Below are positions 56,391 to 64,000 of a stretch of 64,000 nt of DNA, one piece after another; within the stretch, counting starts at the first letter, position 1, and each line of letters starts with the position of its first letter. The notes under the pieces are model-generated. The model was not told the DNA's origin and made no database searches. It was given only the letters and a program-made list of their open reading frames with translations. The position numbers and the translations under genes are program-made. The stretch lies in NCBI GenBank assembly GCA_000091205.1, contig AP006498.2. The stretch is one strand, 5' to 3'. The DNA is from Cyanidioschyzon merolae. Lineage: Eukaryota.

Positions 56391-57252
56391 CACGAATGTC
56401 AGACATAAATGGGAGGGATCCACGAATAGAACGCGGGCGGTGGCTCTGAAATTAGTGTGCCTCGCAATGCCACTGGCACCAGCGTTGGCGGGCCTATGCT
56501 GCGACTGCGTCCTAGTCCCCGCTCCGCCATCTCCGACTTGGAATACGCAAGTCGCTCGCATGCCCCCGATTCCTTCAGTAGGAATCTGGTGATTTCGGTG
56601 GCAGCCTCCGGGCGCCGATGTCGCAGTTCCCGACTGTTGTCGACGCGTTTCGTGTGCAGACGATGGTTGCATCTATGCGTTGCGTGTCATTCACATGCGC
56701 CTTACATTCAGCCTCACTGCGACCTTCGCAACCGGGTGACACCTGACTTTGGACGCGTTTCCCCGTATGCCTACATCATGCTGTCCTGACCCAAAGGCCA
56801 CGAAGACGTTGCGCGTGAACACTTGCTGCATCTCTCGGTACACGCTTTGTACGTGTACAGAAGGCTCGCCTCGATGCCCGCCTGAACGTTTGCGCCCGGT
56901 GCTGCGCGCTACGATCACGGGTTTCTTCTGGGCGATCCTGTAGGGCGCGTATACTGTCCGCTACACGCGCTCGCTCTTCTACTCGCAAAGCGATTTCTGG
57001 GAAGCGAAGTTGACCGTGATGTACCGAGCACCGGAGGGGAATCCTTGCTGAAGATCAAGCAGCGTAATAAGGATGCGTCTAGGCTCCCTGCATTCGTGCA
57101 GAGCTTCGATGCATGCTGCCATGCAAGCGATCGCTGCGATGACTCAAGTCCACGCCCGAGACCCATTTTCACGCGAACAGAAGAGACCAGAGCGCCTGGA
57201 AGCATATTCCGTGGTAGGTATCATGCCATTGGCGAATGTCGTTTCGCCGATG
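56391..57252. repeat. Left arm (~0.86 kb) of second near-identical inverted repeat pair
   Basis: ORFs 56915-57205 (-), 57045-57359 (+), 56457-56789 (+) and 56304-56672 (-) recur reverse-complemented at 61319-61609, 61132-61479, 61735-62067 and 61852-62313. Junctions map to 'cacgaatgtcagac' (outer) and 'gtcgtttc(g/a)ccga' (inner). Confidence 0.85.
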
Positions 57253-57870
57253 GCGACTCGGAAATTCGGATTTGTCTTTCGAACGGAAGCGATTACTTGA
57301 CTTGCCAAAGCTCAGCCAACCCTCTGCATGAATCTGTTCAACAAGTCGTCTCGAGATGAGGTATAGCTCTTTCTCGTCGTCATTCCGGCGGCGCGAAACT
57401 CTTCAACGAAGAGTGCCTATGGAAGCGAACGATCGAAAACTTCAATAACCCGTGATTTGAGCACGCTACTAGCCATGAAAGCAGTAGAGTGCGGACTTGT
57501 ACACCTGAATAGGATCATGGTATTCAATGTTTTACAAACCCTTGTTCGAAGTCGTCGCGTATCATCTTGATTCCTATGACGTGAGGAATTCCAGACGCAA
57601 AGCGTTGAAGCAGCCACCCACTGAAAAACAGCCGCGAATCCTTAGAAGTCGTACGAATCCATACGCCGTGATTCCTAGACTTTGAATACCGACGCTTTGC
57701 ATCTATACATGGACCGGGAGCAAATCGAATTGCAGGAACCGAGCGAGCAGCCCAATATTCCTCATAAATCCGACACGGGCATAGCGTGCGGTCGAACACG
57801 GGTCAGTGGTGGAGCATCCGCTGGATGCACCTGTCCTGGCGATCGCCAAGTCGATACTGTTTGCCTATCT

Positions 57871-60078
57871 TTAGAGTATAAAGAAACGCACAATGCGTTC
57901 AGCATAGGGACGGACCAGTTCCAGCTGCTGAACGATGTCATTCTTGATAACCAGGTTCACGAAGATGTAGGCCGCGATGACAGCAAGTGCCAAGCGACCG
58001 AGAACTTTCTCCGCCAGACCGGAACGGACAACATCCCGTACGTTCGTACGGATCCAGGTCACGAGCTCCTCGTCGCTCATGACACTAAGCTGCTCCCGAA
58101 TGAGTTTCAGTTCATCGGCCAGTGGCTTTGGAGCAATCGTGCCTGTTGTCTTGTCGTTTTCAAGCACCGGAGGTTTTGTGTCGGATATGGACCGAGCGCT
58201 TGCCGACCAGTCTCTGGTGTTAGCGTCGATGGGCACTTGCGTTGTGCTTGCTGCGCGCATGTCTTGAATGCTTTGTTGTAAACGAAACACGACATCCTCG
58301 CGTTTCTTGAGTCGCTCAACAGCCGCCTTCCAGAGCTTCGCACCCTCGGTTTCGGCGGTGTAGAGCTCACCGTCCCAATCGTAGCCACCAGTGAAAAGCT
58401 GGGAGAGTTCGCGGCGCAAGTTTTCGTCGAGAGGGCGCCCACGTAGACTTGTTATCCCACGCTTTTCTGCTTCTCGAATTGAGAATTCCGCATCTGGGTT
58501 CGACGGATCCAAGATTCCTTCTAGGAAGGGCGCCAGCGCCTTTCTCGCTGAAGCAAGGTCCTCGACTGCTGCTTCCATAAAGGCGCGACGTTGTTCAGGA
58601 GTGGCCAGTCGCATGGCGCGCTCTGCCTCTTCCGTGGGTTGCTCCGTCAGTTTCGATAGGGACGCATATTTGCACAGAATGGCTTCAATGTCGAGCCTCT
58701 CGCTTTTCAGCTTCTGTTCGAACTCACTAAAGTTACGCTTGCATATCTCCTCCAGCTTCCGCTCAAACTCTTCTTGATATGTTTCCCAGGACAGTTGGGG
58801 GTCTTCAGTGATCACCTCGTCATCGGGACGCCCGAGCGCCGCCAAACGTCGCTGGAACTGAGCCCAAGCCGTCGCTACACCACTTGCCACGGCAGCTGTC
58901 TCCGAGGCGTGCTCGGTGTGGATACGCCGCAGTGCTGTTTCGAGCTGTGCGCTTGTCATCTTCAGAGTCTTGTTTGCCTGCTCGCGGCTGTAGCCCATGA
59001 ACGCGTTTGCGCGCGCAGCTAGATACAAGAGCTGCAAGCGCAAAAGCAACAACAAGTTGCCGAAAACGCGAATCACGAGCGCTGCTGTATGCTGCGGCTC
59101 AGCCTCGCTGGACGGATCTCTAGTCCAGAAAGCGCTCTGCGTTCGTGAAGATAACTCTGGTTGCGTGCCCCTGACGTGACGCACGCGATCGCCGGCAAAG
59201 GTTCCAGATTTGACAAGGTTTCGAGATAGCGTTCCGACCTGTGCCCTGAATTCACGAGCGACTCGAGTTCCAGCGTTCGCGAAATAGCGTAACGCCTGTG
59301 ATGCGATGCTCAAAAACTTCTGACTCGCCTCGTGGAACAGGCTTACATTCGCACTGGCCACGACGAGGAGCGCTGCTGAGATAATCAAGAAGAAGAGTAG
59401 CGGAATGATGTTGGCGAGGGCTTTCCTGTTCGACGGCGATACTGAAGCACCAGAGGGATTCGTCACGATCATGGCTATTGTTGCCCGTTGAGCTTCGACT
59501 CGTGCATTGGTGTAGAGCATGCTCGCCGTCGACGCTCGAGTCTCTCCCGGGAACGGGTCACCACTAGGGATAGATACCGCTCGGCAGCATGCAGCAGTCC
59601 TTGCCTTCTTTGCGCAACCATGACGCTGTATGGTCACCATCGCGCGCCTTTTGCGAGCATAGCTATCTGTTTCAGAAAATTTTTCCCCAGAGAGCAACTT
59701 AGTTTGAAGCTTGATCCTTTTGTGCACAGTGCGTTTCGGCGCCTGCTCGTTCAATTTTCGTACGAAATAAGGCTCACGGAATGCAAATACACTCAGCAGG
59801 TCTTTGCGTCGATGCTCGGACTTGAGCGTCAATCGCCATCGACAAGGCAGCGCGTTTTCGCAAAAGCGCCACGTGCGTATACCTCCTAAAAACGAACAGA
59901 GAAAGCCGTTTCGTGTGGCGGCATTCTTGCTTATCGTAAACTCGGCCCCTAAACTTTGTTTTGCCGGTTGGAAAACGCGCAACCGTTCGCTTGTGGTTGC
60001 TAGCGACCCTGGGTTCGCTGCCCGCTCGCCAGCACCGAGCAGCCCCAGTGACTGGTGCAGCCAAGCTAACTCGCCCAT
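57871..60078 (-). CDS. Hypothetical coiled-coil protein with two transmembrane segments
   Basis: Hydrophobic 'ALANIIPLLFFLIISAALLVVASA' and C-terminal 'LALAVIAAYIFVNLVI'. Long heptad-like acidic/basic stretches lie between. The first ~185 codons look non-coding, so the likely start is the Met at about 59520 ('MLYTNARVEAQRA'). Confidence 0.4.
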   Translation of the reverse strand: MGELAWLHQSLGLLGAGERAANPGSLATTSERLRVFQPAKQSLGAEFTISKNAATRNGFLCSFLGGIRTWRFCENALPCRWRLTLKSEHRRKDLLSVFAFREPYFVRKLNEQAPKRTVHKRIKLQTKLLSGEKFSETDSYARKRRAMVTIQRHGCAKKARTAACCRAVSIPSGDPFPGETRASTASMLYTNARVEAQRATIAMIVTNPSGASVSPSNRKALANIIPLLFFLIISAALLVVASANVSLFHEASQKFLSIASQALRYFANAGTRVAREFRAQVGTLSRNLVKSGTFAGDRVRHVRGTQPELSSRTQSAFWTRDPSSEAEPQHTAALVIRVFGNLLLLLRLQLLYLAARANAFMGYSREQANKTLKMTSAQLETALRRIHTEHASETAAVASGVATAWAQFQRRLAALGRPDDEVITEDPQLSWETYQEEFERKLEEICKRNFSEFEQKLKSERLDIEAILCKYASLSKLTEQPTEEAERAMRLATPEQRRAFMEAAVEDLASARKALAPFLEGILDPSNPDAEFSIREAEKRGITSLRGRPLDENLRRELSQLFTGGYDWDGELYTAETEGAKLWKAAVERLKKREDVVFRLQQSIQDMRAASTTQVPIDANTRDWSASARSISDTKPPVLENDKTTGTIAPKPLADELKLIREQLSVMSDEELVTWIRTNVRDVVRSGLAEKVLGRLALAVIAAYIFVNLVIKNDIVQQLELVRPYAERIVRFFIL

Positions 60079-60268
60079 GGTATGTGCACGTTCACCTCAG
60101 CTTCTAGTTTCTTTCGCACACGATGTCTCTGCATGAGGCTGAACCGTCGCCCCTCGTATCCTATGAAACGTACTTTTGAGCGTTTCCGCGCACCCAGCAC
60201 TGCCTTCGCCGCCCTAGCACTATTCAAAAGCGCGCTCTTTGAGCGGCCTTCAAATCGGCAATCCGTAA

Positions 60269-60898
60269 GAGCATCCGCGCGATCGACGATGACTGCTGAG
60301 CACTCAGCGATGCCTAGGTCAGACTTGTCTCAAATGCAAGTCTTTCACCTCAATTGTGTTCCACAGCTAGGCGCTTGTCATGAACTGCTTTTTCGCGGTT
60401 TATAGGCGACGCCTTCCAAATGCGTCCATTTGATGACATGAAAAGGCTAAGGGGAAGGTATGGACATGCAGGAGGGGGTTTCGAGGGACCGATGTTGCCG
60501 TGTGCTGGGAGAAGTACGAAAAATATCCCCTTTTCACGGACTATCAAGCAAAGAAGAGCAAGTGACGTAGAAGAGTACGAAAAGAGCATCCGCGCGATCG
60601 ACGATGACTGATGAGCACTCAGCGATGCCTAGGTCAGACTTGTCTCAAATGCAAGTCTTTCACCTCAATTGTGTTCCACAGCTAGGCGCTTGTCATGAAC
60701 TGCTTTTTCGCGGTTTATAGGCGACGCCTTCCAAATGCGTCCATTTGATGACATGAAAAGGCTAAGGGGAAGGTATGGACATGCAGGAGGGGGTTTCGAG
60801 GGACCGATGTTGCCGTGTGCTGGGTGAAGTACGAAAAATATCCCCTTTTCACGGACTATCAAGCAAAGAAGAGCAAGTGACGTAGAAGAGTACGAAGA
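60269..60898. repeat. Tandem duplication, 315-bp unit x2 (near-identical)
   Basis: 'gagcatccgcgcgatcgacgatgactg(c/a)tgagcactcagcgatgcctaggtcagacttgtctcaaatgcaag...' starts at 60269 and again at 60584. It generates twin ORFs 60350-60589 (-) and 60665-61096 (-) sharing a 60-aa C-terminus. Confidence 0.85.
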
Positions 60899-60956
60899 AA
60901 GAGAGTGGAGATAGACGAGGAAGGTTTTCGTCCCACGAGCCAATGACGGGGCTGTA

Positions 60957-61280
60957 ATGGCACAAAGGACAAGCGTTCGAGGAATCCTTACAGAGGTGAA
61001 TCGAATCAGCTGCACTGCATACATGAAATTCGTAAAACGAGACTTCAAAGCCGCCATCAATGTCAGACGATGTCTGGTACTGAAGACGAGACCCACTGAG
61101 CTGAACCGAGAGAACTTCTTGAGGCGTCAGCTCAGACTCGAAGTTTGCGCGGAGAAACTGAAACCAATAGCAGGCGGCCGGTCCAAAAAGCAGGCAGACC
61201 TCTGCGAAAGGATGCGCGTATACAACCTACGTGATCGCGAGCTGCTCTTCTTTTTGCCGACCATAGATAAGATTCGGTGA
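60957..61280 (+). pseudogene. Relic C-terminal fragment of a Fanzor/TnpB-like gene (RuvC-III 'RDFKAAINVRR' + tail)
   Basis: 'KFVKRDFKAAINVRRC...LRLEVCAEKLKPIAGGRSKK' aligns with the 7160-7690 copy ('EFVNRDFNAAINVRS...LKVELYEKKLEAVVGAGRER'). Its stop codon (61278-61280) coincides with the inner boundary of the right inverted-repeat arm. Confidence 0.55.
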
Positions 61281-62133
61281 AACGACATTTGCCAATGGCA
61301 TGATACCTACCACGGAATATGCTTCCAGGCGCTATGGTCTCTTCTGTTCGCGTGAAAATGGGTCTCGGGCGTGGACTTGAGTCATCGCAGCGATCGCTTG
61401 CATGGCAGCATGCATCGAAGCTCTGCACGAATGCAGGGAGCCTAGACGCATCCTTATTACGCTGCTTGATCTTCAGCAAGGATTCCCCTCCGGTGCTCGG
61501 TACATCACGGTCAACTTCGCTTCCCAGAAATCGCTTTGCGAGTAGAAGAGCGAGCGCGTGTAGCGGACAGTATACGCGCCCTACAGGATCGCCCAGAAGA
61601 AACCCGTGATCGTAGCGCGCAGCACCGGGCGCAAACGTTCAGGCGGGCATCGAGGCGAGCCTTCTGTACACGTACAAAGCGTGTACCGAGAGATGCAGCA
61701 AGTGTTCACGCGCAACGTCTTCGTGGCCTTTGGGTCAGGACAGCATGCTGTAGGCATACGGGGAAACGCGTCCAAAGTCAGGTGTCACCCGGTTGCGAAG
61801 GTCGCAGTGAGGCTGAATGTAAGGCGCATGTGAATGACACGCAACGCATAGATGCAACCATCGTCTGCACACGAAACGCGTCGACAACAGTCGGGAACTG
61901 CGACATCGGCGCCCGGAGGCTGCCACCGAAATCACCAGATTCCTACTGAAGGAATCGGGGGCATGCGAGCGACTTGCGTATTCCAAGTCGGAGATGGCGG
62001 AGCGGGGACTAGGACGCAGTCGCAGCATAGGCCCGCCAACGCTGGTGCCAGTGGCATTGCGAGGCACACTAATTTCAGAGCCACCGCCCGCGTTCTATTC
62101 GTGGATCCCTCCCATTTATGTCTGACATTCGTG
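61278..62133. repeat. Right arm (~0.86 kb) of second inverted repeat pair
   Basis: Reverse complement of 56391-57252. For example, 96/96 aa with one substitution between 56915-57205 and 61319-61609. Confidence 0.85.
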
Positions 62134-62775
62134 AAGAGCGCGCCGCGTCGACTACTTTGCCGCGATGCGCGCCGCTTTCGTGGCGACGGTGTCGCGGATA
62201 CTCGCAGGCACACGACCTTCGGTGGATCGTTGCCATCCCAGGCACGTCCGCTGGCAATCGTTCGGCCATGTATGCGACGCATCACGAGTTCCGCCTGGAA
62301 TGTGAAGCGATGAACGCCATCCGATCGCGATCATAGGATCGACATCGATGCCCTGAAATCCACACACAGCATCTCATACGCTTGCCTGACCGTGCTCCCT
62401 TTACCCCAGCGATCTGGTATCCAGAACAGATGCCGTCTCTTCGCCGAGGCACCTTCCATGACGCAGAACCTCTAACCCGCGCCTACGCTCTCTCCCTAGT
62501 TCCATCGGTCCTATTCAAAGCTCGCCGATACCGAATTGATAAATGTCATAGTTTGTGCGCTGCACCAAGAGTGCAGGTCGGGCGAGATGGATTCGCGCTT
62601 CCACCGCGTCGGCTGCTTGCCGTCGTCAGCGCTGGAACGACGCGGCACCTTCGCGCAGCAGGGCGATCTTGTGGCGCTCGTCGCCCGCGCAGGCTGCTGG
62701 GCAGCGTGAGCAGCCAGCGGATACGATCCCGTCGTACACAGCTGCAGCGGTACGAGGTATTCTGGTTGTAATTCG

Positions 62776-63558
62776 GTGATCAGGGTGTTCAAGATGTTCG
62801 GGTTTGTTATCCCAGCGAATAGGGCGAGGTTGCACCTTCACTACCCACAACCGAAGAACAATAACGGTTGTGTCTCAAGGCGTCGGTTAGGAGCGCTGCA
62901 AAAACCGCAGCTGCGCAAGCCCTGCCCGGTGGTCGCGTGCGCTCCGGGCAACAATACGCCGCCGTCGGTACCCGAAAAGACTACGGCTCGTCTGTCGCTC
63001 GCGCAGCGCTTGTCGATACCGCTGCTTACGATGACGACAACGATACCTGGCGTTGTTCTGGCTGCAGAGGAAACGGCGGCCCCGGAGTCACCTCTGAAAG
63101 CGCTCTTCAAAAGCTTGCCGCTGTCGCTTGTGCATCCACTGGTCATGGACGGTGTCCTGCTCGGAACGCTGTACGCATTCTATCTGGGGTACCAGGCGCG
63201 TACGATGCGTACGACCAAAGACAAGGAACTGAAGATGAAGCTGGCGCAGGCCAAACCCGGCGATCGGCACTATCAAATCGCGAGCATCCTTCTCGCCGTG
63301 ATGACGGTGACCACATTCGAGGGCATGGCCAATACGTACACTCGTACTGGGAAACTCTTTCCGGGACCGCATCTGTACGTTGGTCTGGCCTCGGTGGCGC
63401 TCATGAGCATGATGGCTAGCCTGGCACCGGCGATGCGGCGGGGGAATACCGCAGCGCGCAACGCACATTTTGCCATGGCGTTCGCAGTTACTGGCGGGCT
63501 TGTCTGGCAGCTTCAGAGCGGTTTCGAAATCGTGCTTAAGCTTTTAGGATGGAAGTAG
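62776..63558 (+). CDS. DUF4079-like (cyanobacterial/plastid-type) four-helix membrane protein with long N-terminal extension
   Basis: 'HPLVMDGVLLGTLYAFYLGYQARTMR' followed by three further hydrophobic helices. The pattern resembles DUF4079 as I remember it. The N-terminal 100 aa are presequence-like. Confidence 0.4.
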   Translation: MIRVFKMFGFVIPANRARLHLHYPQPKNNNGCVSRRRLGALQKPQLRKPCPVVACAPGNNTPPSVPEKTTARLSLAQRLSIPLLTMTTTIPGVVLAAEETAAPESPLKALFKSLPLSLVHPLVMDGVLLGTLYAFYLGYQARTMRTTKDKELKMKLAQAKPGDRHYQIASILLAVMTVTTFEGMANTYTRTGKLFPGPHLYVGLASVALMSMMASLAPAMRRGNTAARNAHFAMAFAVTGGLVWQLQSGFEIVLKLLGWK

Positions 63559-64000
63559 ATTGAGGTCCATCGTAAAGTGCTGTCGCAGGATCATGACAAC
63601 ATGATCGCAGCCGAGAAAAAGCGATCGACATAGAAGCACCAGAGCAGCATCACTCGGGCGGAGCGGTGATTTTCCCGCGCGACACGCATCGCATCATGCG
63701 TGTCTGCGCACGGATGCCGGCACCGATGCGTGCACACGTGCACGCATGTCATTCGAGTCGACAGCACACCGGCCGCACCTCGCCGGATGATGATACTTTG
63801 GAGCGCTTTACTTTTGATGATGCCTAGTTAAAGTTGCGAGCCAGTGCCTAGTTGTCATCGCTAAAATGCTGCGACGGCATGACGGGTAACGCACCGTTGC
63901 ATTGCAGCAACTGAGACGAGATGTTTCGGACCCGGCGCCTCGCTGAACACCGGTACAGCGCAGTCGCGAGTCGATCCGAACCAAACCATGCAACCAGTGA

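Noticed and set aside
57871-60078. LETM1-like annotation for the coiled-coil membrane protein
   Set aside because: The transmembrane-plus-coiled-coil layout is suggestive, but I could not match the conserved LETM1 block from memory. It is left as a hypothetical protein.
1-64000. Giant-virus (Nucleocytoviricota) origin, given the capping methyltransferase, MutY, kinase, OTU and TnpB-like genes in a GC-rich sequence
   Set aside because: The window also has organelle-targeted metabolic genes (UROD, mitochondrial carrier, PsaO-like), microsatellites and long ORF-free spacers. These fit a cellular eukaryotic chromosome better.
1-64000. Prokaryotic origin with operons
   Set aside because: No operon-like co-oriented gene blocks with short spacers. 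No Shine-Dalgarno-spaced starts noticed. The proteins are eukaryotic-type (cap methyltransferase, mitochondrial carrier, OTU, GRAM, Ser/Thr kinase).

Overview
This window looks like intron-poor eukaryotic nuclear DNA of moderate-to-high GC, with GC-biased third codon positions. It has long single-exon ORFs separated by ORF-poor spacers, and (GT)n, (CA)n and minisatellite repeats. Several proteins carry presequence-like N-terminal extensions (uroporphyrinogen decarboxylase (UROD), a redoxin, a DUF4079-like protein) and there is a PsaO-like ORF, which points to a plastid-bearing host. I cannot name the host from this sequence.

About 20 protein-coding genes are recognisable:
- GH35 beta-galactosidase
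- thioredoxin-fold redoxin
- UROD
- mitochondrial carrier
- SerB-like HAD protein with degenerate catalytic motifs
- PsaO-like protein
- GMC oxidoreductase
- Ser/Thr kinase
- mRNA cap guanine-N7 methyltransferase
- bacterial-type O-methyltransferase
- MutY glycosylase
- OTU protease
- GRAM-domain protein
- EamA/DMT-like transporter
- DUF4079-like protein
- several hypothetical ORFs

The most unusual content is a fragmented Fanzor/TnpB-like (OMEGA-family RuvC nuclease) gene on the minus strand at about 7160-9381. Two further C-terminal relics of the same family sit at 22636-22986 and 60957-61280. The 60957-61280 relic ends exactly where a long inverted repeat begins.

Two large, almost identical inverted-repeat structures enclose cargo genes:
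- about 1.33-kb arms (38957-40290 and 41991-43316) around the bacterial-type O-methyltransferase.
- about 0.86-kb arms (56391-57252 and 61278-62133) around a coiled-coil membrane protein, a 315-bp tandem duplication and the TnpB relic.

There are also several tandem repeats with periods of about 29, 65, 72, 77 and 315 bp. I could not reliably identify any rRNA or tRNA gene by eye.
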